Of a stretch of 44,499 bases of DNA, positions 10,181-20,153 are shown in pieces. The DNA lies in contig CAZHPY010000004.1 in the NCBI GenBank assembly GCA_964534705.1, positions 1 through 44,499 on the forward strand, given 5' to 3'. Numbering within the stretch: position 1 is the first letter of the stretch; each line of letters opens with the position of its first letter. Under the pieces are notes generated by a model. That model was given only the letters and a program-made list of their open reading frames with translations, made no database searches and was not told the DNA's origin. Position numbers and translations under genes: made by a program. This DNA comes from an uncultured Planctomycetia bacterium. Its GTDB lineage: Bacteria; Omnitrophota; Gorgyraeia; 2-01-FULL-45-10.

Positions 10181-10818
10181 GATCCTGTTATATCGCACTC
10201 CCTTGAATATATATACATAGGCTCGAGATCAGCGGCATCTGTAAACTTTTCCTTCTTAAAATACTCCGATGCAAGCATACCAACAGTCTCTGCCTTTGGA
10301 TGCCAGTCTTTCTTAAACTTATTTTCCTCCGTGTCCCCCAAAAATAAGACTTTATCATATTTCCTTGTTTTCTTCAATAGGTCGTCTAGAGGCAATAAAA
10401 GATATGGCGATAATTTTTTGATATTTTTCCCGTCAGACCTGTACAGGCAGGCATAAACCTTCTTTTTGCGCGCATCCAGGATAACGCATATAATGCCTTT
10501 GTCTTTTTTTGCGTTCATGGCAATAGCGTCAAGGGTAGGCACGGTTATTACCGGTTTTTTTAAAGCGTATGCCAGGCCTTTTACCACTGTAACCCCTATG
10601 CGCAGGCCCGTAAATGAACCCGGGCCTATGCTTATTGCAAAGCAATCCGTCTCTCTGATCTTCAATTTTGCCTTTTTTAACAGCTTGTCTATCATGGGCA
10701 CAAGAAGCATGGAATGCCTCATGGCCGCCTTTTTGTGGAATTTGGCGATGGCCTTGCCATCCTTTATTACTGCGAGGCTCAGGTAGTCTGTAGATGTATC
10801 GATGGCTAGAATAGTCAT
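10177..10818 (-). CDS. tsaB: tRNA t6A biosynthesis protein TsaB (YeaZ)
   Basis: The N-terminus is MTILAIDTSTDYLSLAV, with a GPGSFTGLRIG motif. Confidence 0.85.
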   Translation of the reverse strand: MTILAIDTSTDYLSLAVIKDGKAIAKFHKKAAMRHSMLLVPMIDKLLKKAKLKIRETDCFAISIGPGSFTGLRIGVTVVKGLAYALKKPVITVPTLDAIAMNAKKDKGIICVILDARKKKVYACLYRSDGKNIKKLSPYLLLPLDDLLKKTRKYDKVLFLGDTEENKFKKDWHPKAETVGMLASEYFKKEKFTDAADLEPMYIYSRECDITGS

Positions 10819-10826
10819 AATATTTT

Positions 10827-10935
10827 GGATGCGGATGAGTTGTGGGTTATGGGTCGAGGGTGAGAATGGGGTTGTGTTTTAATAACTCACCCACACCCTC
10901 ACAACCCGACCCACAACTCACACCCACCCTCATCC
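10827..10935. repeat. long imperfect inverted repeat (about 50-nt G/T-rich arm, 9-nt loop, about 50-nt C/A-rich arm)
   Basis: It lies at the tsaE-tsaB junction. Both arms share GAGTTGTGGGT and GAGGGTG blocks in reverse complement. The right arm overlaps the tsaE stop. Confidence 0.7.
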
Positions 10936-11346
10936 TATCTGTATCCTTCTTTTGGATTCTCCAATAACCTTTAGTTTGACTTCAATATATTTCTTCGGCA
11001 ATAGCTTTCTAACCTTATCAGCCCACTCGATAACCGTTACTCCGCTGCCGTAAAAATATTCTTCATAATTCATGGTATCAAAAGATGAATAGTGATCGAG
11101 CCTGTAGAGGTCAAAATGATACAGAGGGATCCTGCCCTTATATTCTTTTATAATTACAAAGGTAGGACTATTTACATAACGCGCGTTCTTTACGCCGAGC
11201 CCCTGCGCTACTCCTTTTGTAAAAACTGTTTTTCCGGAACCAAGATCCCCGATGAGCGCAACAATAGAGCCCTTTTTTATTTTCTCGCCCAGCTTCCGCC
11301 CCAGGCCCATCGTCTCTTCAACGCTATTCGATATGAAAGTTTTCAA
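10930..11346 (-). CDS. tsaE: tRNA t6A biosynthesis ATPase TsaE (YjeE)
   Basis: It has the P-loop GDLGSGKTVFTKG and an HFDLYRL motif. Confidence 0.85.
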   Translation of the reverse strand: MKTFISNSVEETMGLGRKLGEKIKKGSIVALIGDLGSGKTVFTKGVAQGLGVKNARYVNSPTFVIIKEYKGRIPLYHFDLYRLDHYSSFDTMNYEEYFYGSGVTVIEWADKVRKLLPKKYIEVKLKVIGESKRRIQIG

Positions 11347-12254
11347 AAATGCGTATATCCTTTCACTTTTAATCCTTCTTCCTTCCCATTCTCCCTTACT
11401 ATCTTATAGCCATGTTTTCTGTCTACCACTTCGCCTATCAGCGAAATACGGGTCATGAACCTGGAAAAATTAGCCTTCAAAAGTTTTTCTGCTTCTTTCG
11501 CGGGCATTGTAAATAATAGCTCATAGTCCTCTCCGTCATAAAGGCCGTTATCCAGGCTTCTGGCATCCTTAGACAATGGGATACTTTCTTCATAGATGAA
11601 CGCGCCCGCATCGCTGGCAGTGATTATCCTGTTAAGATCAAGGGCGAGCCCATCAGATATGTCGATCATCGAATTTACCTTGAAATTATTCACTATCGTC
11701 TGGGATTCCCTGACGCGCGGCATAAAATTCAGGTGCTTTCCTTTTATAGAACCGCCCAGGGAGCCTGTCACCAGGATCATATCTCCCTTCCTGGCCGTAC
11801 TGCGCAGCGTCAGGTTCTTTTTTCTGGCCTCGCCGAGCATGGAAACATCTATAGCCATATTTTTTGATTCAGCCATGTCACCACCGACTATATTTATCCC
11901 GAATCTATCGGCTATACTCTTGAAACCTTTGCAAATGCCTTCTGCCACAGACACATCAAGCTCCGGATCGATAGCCATGGAGATCACGGTGTGCCTTGGT
12001 ATTCCCCCCATAGCCGCGATATCGCTTACGTTCCGGCCAAGGGCTTTCCAGCCTATTTGGAACGGCGTTGCCTTGCTCAGATCAAAATGAACGCCCTGCA
12101 GCAACATATCGCAGGTGAATAAGAGGTATTTATTATCAGTCCATTTCAATACCGCCGTGTCGTCCCCGCTGCCTTTTATAACAGAATGGTCCAGGCGAAA
12201 ATTTCCTGATAGTCTTTTTATAAGCTCTATTTCACCGATATCCCTGATCCGCAT
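11343..12254 (-). CDS. thiL: thiamine-monophosphate kinase
   Basis: It has the PurM/AIR-synthase-like fold, with GDDTAVL and GGDMA motifs. Confidence 0.85.
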   Translation of the reverse strand: MRIRDIGEIELIKRLSGNFRLDHSVIKGSGDDTAVLKWTDNKYLLFTCDMLLQGVHFDLSKATPFQIGWKALGRNVSDIAAMGGIPRHTVISMAIDPELDVSVAEGICKGFKSIADRFGINIVGGDMAESKNMAIDVSMLGEARKKNLTLRSTARKGDMILVTGSLGGSIKGKHLNFMPRVRESQTIVNNFKVNSMIDISDGLALDLNRIITASDAGAFIYEESIPLSKDARSLDNGLYDGEDYELLFTMPAKEAEKLLKANFSRFMTRISLIGEVVDRKHGYKIVRENGKEEGLKVKGYTHF

Positions 12255-13255
12255 CTTTTAAATATCCCTCTTTCGGTTATTATAGCAGTGATCAATCCGG
12301 CCGGCGTTACATCGAAAGCCGGATTATAGACCTTTACGTTCCTCGGCGCTATCAACCTGCCTGGAATACCCCTCACCTCATCTCCGTTACGCTCCTCTAT
12401 GGGAATATCGGTACCGGTCTTAAGAGTAAGGTCAAAGGTCGATATTGGCGCAACAACATAAAATGGAATGCCGTGGTAATCCGCAAGTACGGCAAGATTA
12501 TATGTGCCTATTTTATTAGCTGTATCGCCGTTGGCCGCTATCCGGTCCGCCCCGACGAATATCATGTCGATCTTGCCTTTTGCCATCAGGCTTGCCGCCA
12601 TATTATCGCATATCAACGTCGTATCTATGCCTTCGCGCATCAATTCCCAGGTGGTAAGCCGCGCGCCCTGCAGCAATGGACGCGTCTCATCGACATATAC
12701 CTTAAAATGCTTACCCTGCCTCCTGGCTTCAAAAAGGACCCCAAGAGCTGTACCATAATCTGCCGTGGCCAGGCCTCCGGCATTACAGTGAGTTAATATG
12801 TTTGAATTCTTTTTGACAAATCCGGCGCCGAAAGCTGCCATGCGGCGGCAGCTTGACTTGTCTTCGCTTATTATGCTTATGGCCTCTTTCAACAATCTGC
12901 GTTTGATCTCTTTTACTTTTTTATCCCTGTTTTTGTAGGCGGTTTTCTTCATCCTTTCGATGGCCCAAAAAAGATTCACTGCCGTAGGCCTGGACGAGCC
13001 AAGATAATCGGCAATAATTTTAAGTTCCTTAAAAAATGTGTCGAACCGTTCTGCGGCGGAGTCCTTTGTCCCGATCACTATGCCGAGCGCTCCTGCTATC
13101 CCAATGGCCGGCGCACCGCGTATTTCCAATTTCTTAATAGCGCGCCAAAGCCGCTTCACATCATCGGTCAAGACAACCTTGAACTTATGAGGCAGCAATG
13201 TCTGATCGATAAATTTTACTTTTCCATTACTCCAAGTAATCGTCTCTACTGGCAT
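12227..13255 (-). CDS. mtnA: methylthioribose-1-phosphate isomerase (eIF-2B alpha/beta/delta family)
   Basis: Motifs are IDQTLLPHKF, RGAPAIG and VGADRIAANGDTANKIGTY. Confidence 0.8.
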   Translation of the reverse strand: MPVETITWSNGKVKFIDQTLLPHKFKVVLTDDVKRLWRAIKKLEIRGAPAIGIAGALGIVIGTKDSAAERFDTFFKELKIIADYLGSSRPTAVNLFWAIERMKKTAYKNRDKKVKEIKRRLLKEAISIISEDKSSCRRMAAFGAGFVKKNSNILTHCNAGGLATADYGTALGVLFEARRQGKHFKVYVDETRPLLQGARLTTWELMREGIDTTLICDNMAASLMAKGKIDMIFVGADRIAANGDTANKIGTYNLAVLADYHGIPFYVVAPISTFDLTLKTGTDIPIEERNGDEVRGIPGRLIAPRNVKVYNPAFDVTPAGLITAIITERGIFKRCGSGISVK

Positions 13256-13287
13256 TCCTTTACTCCTAACTCCCCGCTCTTAATTTT

Positions 13288-14391
13288 TTATCCCCATATC
13301 ATCTTAGTCAGGATATTGCGGCTTATGTGAATGGCCCTGTATGGGCACACTTCGTGACAGCATAAGCATCTTACGCATTTCTTATAATCGATATTACAAT
13401 AACCTTCCTCTATAGTTATACAGTTGACAGGGCAGGTGACCTTGCAAAGGTTGCACTTCCTGCATAACTTAGCGTCTATCTGCGGCTTGAAGCTTATAAG
13501 GGATGCGGCGGCATTTACAACGGCCTTTGGAAGTATTTTTAATGCCGTGGTCTGGGGCATTTTAAAATCTTTTGTTATAAAATCATCGATATCGTCGCCT
13601 ATGACCTGTATACGCGAGAGATCCGCCTCTCCAAGCTCCAGCCTGGACGCTTCTTTTGTAACCAATACGTCAAGCGGCTTTAAGCCGACTATTTTAGCCA
13701 GGCATGCATCTATCGCCACCGCATCCGTACCGGCCATCACTATATTCATTTTCCTTATTATACCCGCCGAAGGCCCGTCCCCTTCCATGGCAATTATACC
13801 GTCAATGATGGTGAGCCCCGGCTTCGTTATGGAATAAACCCTTGCCATCATTTTTGAAAAATCCTCTTCGCGCGGCGCGTGGGAATGGCATTCCGCTTTA
13901 TACAACCCGACGACCGCTCCAAACATATTCTTTATAGCAGCGGTTATGACCGTTATGGAATGCGTTTTAAATTTCGGGATCGATATTATAAAATCGGCAT
14001 CAAGCACGTACCGGCATACGGGAACGCCATCGACAAATCTGGACATAGTAAACTTTTTGATCGTTATGCCTTCTTCGTCAGCGACCTTTTTGACACCAGA
14101 TTTTTCCAATATTTCATCGATATTATATCCGTATCCTCCCGGTGAATCACCCAGAGAGACAATACCGCCCGCGCCCTTTACCAGGCGCGCAACAGCCCTG
14201 ATCACTTCGGGATGGGTAGTAACGGCGTCTTCGGCCTTATGCGGAGACAAAAGGTTCGGCTTCAGCAGGACCTTCATGCCCGGTTTTATGAAATTACTCA
14301 TGCCGCCAAGATTATCCACCGCTTTTTTCACGGCTTCATGGACACGGCCGGTCTCATAATCTTCGCATCTTATTAACGCAACTTTCGCCAT
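13288..14391 (-). CDS. DUF362-domain protein with C-terminal 2x[4Fe-4S] ferredoxin domain
   Basis: The N-terminus is DUF362-like (VALIRCEDY...KPNLL). The C-terminus has CRKCNLCKVTCP and CVRCLCCHEVCP cluster motifs. Confidence 0.7.
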   Translation of the reverse strand: MAKVALIRCEDYETGRVHEAVKKAVDNLGGMSNFIKPGMKVLLKPNLLSPHKAEDAVTTHPEVIRAVARLVKGAGGIVSLGDSPGGYGYNIDEILEKSGVKKVADEEGITIKKFTMSRFVDGVPVCRYVLDADFIISIPKFKTHSITVITAAIKNMFGAVVGLYKAECHSHAPREEDFSKMMARVYSITKPGLTIIDGIIAMEGDGPSAGIIRKMNIVMAGTDAVAIDACLAKIVGLKPLDVLVTKEASRLELGEADLSRIQVIGDDIDDFITKDFKMPQTTALKILPKAVVNAAASLISFKPQIDAKLCRKCNLCKVTCPVNCITIEEGYCNIDYKKCVRCLCCHEVCPYRAIHISRNILTKMIWG

Positions 14392-14396
14392 CTTTA

Positions 14397-15464
14397 TTAA
14401 AATCCTACTTGTTTTACCAAAAATACAAGGGACAGCATGCTTAAATTATGGGTTATGTGCACCGTTATGGATGAAACAAGCGTTCCCGTCTTCTCATACA
14501 GATAAGCAAGAAGTATGCCCAGCGCAAATATAGGGAAGAACCCTACTATATGGGTGTGCAGGGCGGCAAAAATAGCCGCCGTGATAACCGCCGACCACAG
14601 GGCTCCCGCATATTTTTTTAAAGCGCCATACATAAACCCCCTGAAAAACAGTTCTTCGATAAAGGGCCCCAATATGGCGGCAAAAAGGCTTGAATACATA
14701 AGGAAGGCCGCGTTCTTTTCTTTCAAAAACAATTCCACTACCGGCTGCCTTTCGGGGACATACTTGGTAATATTTATTATCACCGCCGTGACTGCTAATA
14801 TAACTATCAGGACCGGTATCAGGGCTATATATCCTACCACCCCATAAAATATATTTCTTATGCAATTCTTTAGTGAAAGCCCTAATGCCCTCAGGTCCTC
14901 CTTATACTGGACTACTGTAAAGTAAATAATGAAGAACACCGCCAACAAGTCGAGTATAGAGGTATTGAATACCATCCTGAAATTGTCCGCTTTGAAGATA
15001 GGGAATATCCTGGACCATAGGGCTTCGGAAATAATTATTATATAGCCAAAAAACAAGAACAGGATCACGACCTTGCATATATCCCATATCGTCCATTTTG
15101 CGCGTGGCGGGCTTAGCGTGCGTATATCCAGTTTTTTACTCAATATCGCAGCCGAAATAATAAAATCGGCCACTATGCCCAGAAGCATAAGTGCCGCTAT
15201 AAGGAGAGTGGTTAAACTAAAAAGAACTGCGATCCGTTTATTTTTATATAAAAATTCTTCTGTATCTTTCCTGCGCGAAAAAAACTCTTTATTAAAACGT
15301 TCTGTCCTTTCAGCCATGATGGCCGTTGTGGACCTGGGTTGCTCCTTTTTAACTTTAGCGGATTTTTGAGGATAGAAAAACATTATACCGCTGAAAACCA
15401 GGACAAATATCAACAATAATATGTAAAGTCTTTCCCTATTGATGAAACTTGATATTTTATTCAT
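14397..15464 (-). CDS. CPBP (CAAX) family intramembrane metalloprotease
   Basis: It is polytopic, with motifs EELFFRG, FAALH and HITHN. I place the start at MNKISS (15464), which forms an ATGA overlap with the upstream stop. Confidence 0.75.
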   Translation of the reverse strand: MNKISSFINRERLYILLLIFVLVFSGIMFFYPQKSAKVKKEQPRSTTAIMAERTERFNKEFFSRRKDTEEFLYKNKRIAVLFSLTTLLIAALMLLGIVADFIISAAILSKKLDIRTLSPPRAKWTIWDICKVVILFLFFGYIIIISEALWSRIFPIFKADNFRMVFNTSILDLLAVFFIIYFTVVQYKEDLRALGLSLKNCIRNIFYGVVGYIALIPVLIVILAVTAVIINITKYVPERQPVVELFLKEKNAAFLMYSSLFAAILGPFIEELFFRGFMYGALKKYAGALWSAVITAAIFAALHTHIVGFFPIFALGILLAYLYEKTGTLVSSITVHITHNLSMLSLVFLVKQVGF

Positions 15465-16828
15465 CCAGTAACTCCATATTTCCTCATCCTGAAAGATGCG
15501 CCCAGTGATAACGCCAAGGTCTCGCACCCTTTCAGGTCGACCTCCGGCAGATCAAGGCAGGTTACCTCGGTTTCTATCCCTTTTTGCACGCAATCTTTAA
15601 TGAACTTAACTACCGCAGCATATGTCTTTGCCCCGAATTCAGGTTTACAGATCTTCTCATACAGGCCTTCGTTATCAGTATTCAGGCTCACCGAGACCTT
15701 ATCTATGACACCGGCAAGCTCTTTAACTACGGGCCCGTTATTTATAAGGTCTCCGTGGCCATTAGTAACAAGCCTGATCGTGGCACCCTTTGCCTTCAGG
15801 GCCTTTGCGACCGCTTTTACGGTATCTACCCTTGCCGTCGGCTCGCCATACCCGCAGAAGACTACCTCTTTATATTTTTTTGGGTCAGGCCCAACGGCCT
15901 TTAATATCTCTTCCTCTGTCGGTTCTTTGTTAAGCCTGAGATCATGCCCTTTAACAAAAGCTGTTTGGGCCCGGACGCAAAAATAGCAGTTATTCGTGCA
16001 CCTGTTCGTTATGTTCAAATAAAGAGAATCGCGTATTTCATATGCTATTTTGGACCTATCCTCATCAACGCCCAGCTTAAACAGTTTATTTGCATTATGA
16101 GTGGTTATCCTCTCTATATCGCCCTTTGTAAGGTTGGTTATCCGTGACCATTCATCGACTAAATATGTCAGATATGACGGTTCGTTGCGCTTGCCCCTCC
16201 TGCCTTCGGGCGCAAGATAAGGGGCATCCGTTTCCAGTAAAACCTTTTCTATGGGCACAGTTTTTGCCAGCTCCCTCAGGTTGCCGGCATTTTTAAATGT
16301 CAAATTGCAGGTAAATGATACGTAGAAACCCATGCCGAGACATTCATCTAAAAACTGTCTAGTACCAGAGAAGCAATGAATGACGCCCTTTAGTGCTGCG
16401 TATTCTTTTAAGATGCTCAAGGTATCGTCATCCGCCTGCCTTGAATGGATTATCAGCGGCAGCCCTGACCCCTGGGACAACCGTATAAATTTCCTAAAAA
16501 CCTCTATCTGCATGTCCTTAGGCGAAAGATTCCTGTAATAATCCAGCCCCACCTCGCCTATCGCAACGATCTTTTCTGCGGCGGCCAATGCCTTCAGCTC
16601 ATCGAATGTTTTTTCCGTAACAGTTTGGGCGTCATGCGGATGTACACCAACGGTGGCAAAAACGGCCTCATATTTTTTCGATAACTCTACGGCGCGCCGG
16701 CATCCTTCCAGGGAACTGGCCACGTTTATTACTCTTACCACGCCTTTTTCCCTGGCCCTGTCTAAAACAGCATCCCGGTCCTGATCGAAATCCTTAAAAT
16801 CAAGGTGGCAATGGGTATCTATTAACAT
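15461..16828 (-). CDS. fusion protein: TatD-family metal-dependent hydrolase (N) + radical SAM domain (C)
   Basis: TatD motifs are LIDTHCHLD, GEVGLDY, IIHSR, IHCFSG and LETDAPYL. A CTNNCYFC (CX3CX2C) motif follows at 15977-16000. I place the start at MLIDTH (16828), 2 nt after the metG stop. Confidence 0.75.
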   Translation of the reverse strand: MLIDTHCHLDFKDFDQDRDAVLDRAREKGVVRVINVASSLEGCRRAVELSKKYEAVFATVGVHPHDAQTVTEKTFDELKALAAAEKIVAIGEVGLDYYRNLSPKDMQIEVFRKFIRLSQGSGLPLIIHSRQADDDTLSILKEYAALKGVIHCFSGTRQFLDECLGMGFYVSFTCNLTFKNAGNLRELAKTVPIEKVLLETDAPYLAPEGRRGKRNEPSYLTYLVDEWSRITNLTKGDIERITTHNANKLFKLGVDEDRSKIAYEIRDSLYLNITNRCTNNCYFCVRAQTAFVKGHDLRLNKEPTEEEILKAVGPDPKKYKEVVFCGYGEPTARVDTVKAVAKALKAKGATIRLVTNGHGDLINNGPVVKELAGVIDKVSVSLNTDNEGLYEKICKPEFGAKTYAAVVKFIKDCVQKGIETEVTCLDLPEVDLKGCETLALSLGASFRMRKYGVTG

Positions 16829-16830
16829 AA

Positions 16831-18387
16831 TTATTTGTTTTCTATGCGAGGAAAAAGCGGATTGGATTTTTTGATCGAGGATCCCGCCTTCAGCATTCCC
16901 CATGATTTCCCGTCGGAGACATTCATTTTAGGCGCATATTCTTCCATACCTAATTGGGCCATGATGCTATCGGCGGTAGCCGGCATAAAAGGATGTATTG
17001 AAAGAGAAACTACCCTTAAGGATTCCAAGAGGCCGTAAAGCAACTGTGATAATTCTTCCTGCCTGTCCTCTTTAGCCAGGGCCCACGGCTTGGAATCTTC
17101 TATCAATTTATTTGCGATATTTATCACTTCCCATACTTTTGTAAGCGCTGCCACAAAATCCAGCTGTGGCATGGCTTTTTCCATTTCATCCGCCAATCCC
17201 AGCGACTTGGCCTTCAATTCTTCTGCGCCTTTTACGCATTGGCACTTTGACACATCGGCGCTTGGCACTTTGCCTGCAAAATATTTCTCGACCATCGTTA
17301 AAGTCCTGTTAAGCAAATTACCCAGGTCATTGGCAAGATCGCTGTTATACCTTGAAATCAGGGTCTCCTCGCTGAAAGCGCCATCAAGGCCAAAAGGCAC
17401 TTCCCGTAAAAGGAAATACCTATATGCGTCTATGCCATAACGCTCTATCAGGGACAACGGGTCAACGATATTGCCCTTGGATTTCGACATCTTCTCGCCT
17501 TTCACCACCCACCAGCCGTGCGCGAATATCGTTCTCGGCGGTTTTAACCCGAGCGCATGCAGCATTATGGGCCAGTAAACGGCATGATGGCGCAGTATAT
17601 CTTTACCTATGACATGAAAATCGGCCGGCCAGTATTTTTCGAGCCTTGCCATGTCTTCTGGATAGCCTATCCCTGAAATATAATTTATCAGGGCATCAAA
17701 CCATACGTATGTAACGAAATTCGTATCGAAAGGCACTTCTATGCCCCAGGACATGCGTTTCTTTGACCGCGATATGCACAGGTCGAGAAGGGGTTCTTTC
17801 AGGAATCCGAGTACTTCATTTTTACGAAATTCCGGTTTTATGAAATCCGGGTTAGACTTAATATAATCTATCAGCCAACCCTGATATTCGGATATTTTAA
17901 AAAAGTAATTTTCTTCGTCGAGCTTCTCCAGGTGCCTTTTGCAATCCGGGCATACGCCCGCATCCGCCTGGGCCTCTGACCAGAACGTCTCGCAGGGCGT
18001 ACAGAACCACCCTTTATAGACTTTTTTATATATCTTGCCTTCTTTATAAAGTTTTTCCAGCACAGTCTGGACTGCTTTTGCGTGCGCCGCGTCCGTCGTC
18101 CTTATAAAATAATCGTACTTTATATTCAGTTTATCCCAAAGCCCCCTGAACACCGGAACGATCTCATCTACGAACCGCTTTTCCTCTCCTTCTTTAAAGC
18201 CTCTTGCAAGGGTCGCCTTCTCTATTTTTTCGCCATGCTCATCCGTACCCGTCATAAAGAAAACATCATATCCTTTAAACCTGTAATAGCGCGACAGGGT
18301 ATCGACCGCTATATTTGTATATGAATGGCCTATATGCGGCTTTGAATTCACGTAATATAATGGTGTTGTTATATAGAATTTGGGCAT
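16831..18387 (-). CDS. metG: methionine--tRNA ligase
   Basis: It has HIGH (PHIGHSY), KMSKS and a CTPC...CPDC zinc knuckle. Confidence 0.95.
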   Translation of the reverse strand: MPKFYITTPLYYVNSKPHIGHSYTNIAVDTLSRYYRFKGYDVFFMTGTDEHGEKIEKATLARGFKEGEEKRFVDEIVPVFRGLWDKLNIKYDYFIRTTDAAHAKAVQTVLEKLYKEGKIYKKVYKGWFCTPCETFWSEAQADAGVCPDCKRHLEKLDEENYFFKISEYQGWLIDYIKSNPDFIKPEFRKNEVLGFLKEPLLDLCISRSKKRMSWGIEVPFDTNFVTYVWFDALINYISGIGYPEDMARLEKYWPADFHVIGKDILRHHAVYWPIMLHALGLKPPRTIFAHGWWVVKGEKMSKSKGNIVDPLSLIERYGIDAYRYFLLREVPFGLDGAFSEETLISRYNSDLANDLGNLLNRTLTMVEKYFAGKVPSADVSKCQCVKGAEELKAKSLGLADEMEKAMPQLDFVAALTKVWEVINIANKLIEDSKPWALAKEDRQEELSQLLYGLLESLRVVSLSIHPFMPATADSIMAQLGMEEYAPKMNVSDGKSWGMLKAGSSIKKSNPLFPRIENK

Positions 18388-18404
18388 ATTCCTTACCTTT
18401 GTTT

Positions 18405-19187
18405 TTACTTATACGGTACTTCGATCAGCGATCCATCTTCCAATTCGAGGGTCGACGAACGCTTTATGGCATTTATGCTCACTACTTTGCCCGGCCCCTT
18501 CTCAGTCTTGATGATATCTCCCTCTTTCGGCGCGCCCTTCATCAGCTCTTTATAGGTCTTATGCTCGTAACTCAGGCAGCACATCAGCCTGCCGCACAAC
18601 CCGGATATCTTTGTAGGGTTTAAAGGCAGGTTCTGCTCTTTGGCCATTTTTATGGTAACAGGCTCAAAATCCTTTAAGAACGTGGCGCAGCACAGGACCC
18701 TGCCGCATGGGCCAAATCCGCCGAGCATCTTAGCCTCATCCCTTACACCTATTTGTTTCAGCTCGATCCTTGTCTTAAAAACGTTTGCCAGGTCCTTCAC
18801 GAGGTCCCTGAAATCGATCCTGCCCTCAGCGGTAAAGTAGAACATTATCTTTGAACGGTCGAAGGTAAACTCGGCATCGATCAATTTCATGGGAAGGTGG
18901 CGCTCATGTATCTTCTTTGTGCACGACTCCATGACCTCTTTTATCTTTTTTTTGTTCTTATCTATCTGGTGCATGTCCCACGGGTTAGCCTTCCTGATCA
19001 CCTTTCTCAGCGGCTCTTCAACATCGGAATCAAGTATAACCTCTGTTTCCGATATGACCTGCCCGTAATCCTGCCCCCTGTCGGCTTCTACTATACAATA
19101 ATCGCCGGTTTTGAATTTCATCCCACCCGTAGAATAATAGGATATCTTACCCGCTTCCCTTAACCTTATTTGTATGACTTCGTACAT
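18405..19187 (-). CDS. PSP1 C-terminal domain protein (YaaT/RicT-like)
   Basis: It has the Cys-rich PSP1 core (GPCGRVLCC...GLCGRLMCCLSYE). It occupies the conserved position downstream of holB. Confidence 0.8.
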   Translation of the reverse strand: MYEVIQIRLREAGKISYYSTGGMKFKTGDYCIVEADRGQDYGQVISETEVILDSDVEEPLRKVIRKANPWDMHQIDKNKKKIKEVMESCTKKIHERHLPMKLIDAEFTFDRSKIMFYFTAEGRIDFRDLVKDLANVFKTRIELKQIGVRDEAKMLGGFGPCGRVLCCATFLKDFEPVTIKMAKEQNLPLNPTKISGLCGRLMCCLSYEHKTYKELMKGAPKEGDIIKTEKGPGKVVSINAIKRSSTLELEDGSLIEVPYK

Positions 19188-20153
19188 TTAAACCTCGCAA
19201 ATTTTTAAATTCAACACGTTCATAGCCAGCTTAGCGTTCGCATTCTGGTCCAGGTAACCCAAAGTAAGTATTATATTATCTATAATATCTTCCAGATATT
19301 CGAAGCTAAGCTTACCAGCTTCACCGGAGATCATATCCTTTTTATCGATATTTACAAGCATCGAATCATCCGCACCTGCCTTAGCGCTCAATATATCCCT
19401 GAACCACGTCAGCATGATATTAAGACATAATTTCAGGTCCTGCTTCGGAAGTTCGTCAAAGGATAGTTCCGACAATGACCTTTTGGAGACCTTGTTTATG
19501 ATCAGAGACCTGTTCTGGAACAGGTTATCGTCCTTATACTTAACGGCTTCGCCCAACCTGCCTGAAGCCAGTTTCGACAATACATGAGCCTTATACTCCT
19601 CCAGGGCATGCTCTTTTATAAGAATGTCTTTGATCACATCGGCCTTGAGGGGATAGAACCTTACAACCTGCGAACGCGATACAATGGTATGAAAAAGCGA
19701 CTTTAAGTTATCGGTTATCAGGACCAGCGTCGAATCCGTAGGCGGTTCTTCCAGCGTCTTAAGGAGCGCGTTCGCCGCTTCATGCTTCATGCTTTGAGCC
19801 TCATCGATAATATAGACCTTTTTCTTTGCTTCAAAAGGCTTAAGGTATATATCTTTTATCAATTGCCGTATATCATCTATTTTAACCGAGCCGCCTTCTT
19901 TTTCGGGACGCAAGACAAACAGGTCGGGATGAGACTTGGCGTCTATTTTTTTACATGACGGGCATTTATCGCACGGTTCGCACGACAAGGCATTCTGGCA
20001 CATAATGGCCTTGGCAAAATTCAGCGCCGCAAGGAATTTACCGCTGCCTTCCGGGCCGCAGAATATATATGCATGGGACAGGCGGTTGTTTTTCAGCGAG
20101 GCCTTCAGAAAAGAAAGCGCGCTATCCTGCCCCCTTATCTTAGCAAATGACAT
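19188..20153 (-). CDS. holB: DNA polymerase III subunit delta-prime
   Basis: Motifs are HAYIFCGPEGSGK, the zinc module CEPCDKCPSCKK and SRSQV. I take ATG 20153; the track start at 20159 is a TTG. Confidence 0.85.
   Translation of the reverse strand: MSFAKIRGQDSALSFLKASLKNNRLSHAYIFCGPEGSGKFLAALNFAKAIMCQNALSCEPCDKCPSCKKIDAKSHPDLFVLRPEKEGGSVKIDDIRQLIKDIYLKPFEAKKKVYIIDEAQSMKHEAANALLKTLEEPPTDSTLVLITDNLKSLFHTIVSRSQVVRFYPLKADVIKDILIKEHALEEYKAHVLSKLASGRLGEAVKYKDDNLFQNRSLIINKVSKRSLSELSFDELPKQDLKLCLNIMLTWFRDILSAKAGADDSMLVNIDKKDMISGEAGKLSFEYLEDIIDNIILTLGYLDQNANAKLAMNVLNLKICEV

Noticed and set aside
14494-14865. Alternative-frame minus-strand ORFs nested in real genes: 14494-14865, 14902-15096, 24670-24930, 20888-21115, 31492-31728 and 38573-38914.
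   Set aside because: They overlap better-supported frames with clear family motifs. Their own translations are compositionally odd (R/G/C/Y-rich) and have no start context.
15465-15527. N-terminal extensions in the ORF track: 15465-15527, 16829-16903, 10181-10198, 23998-24009, 20154-20159, 37730-37744 and 38612-38632.
   Set aside because: Most begin at GTG or TTG codons, or overlap the preceding gene substantially. In each case an internal ATG forms an ATGA overlap, abuts the stop, or has a proper SD, and the conserved protein N-terminus starts there.
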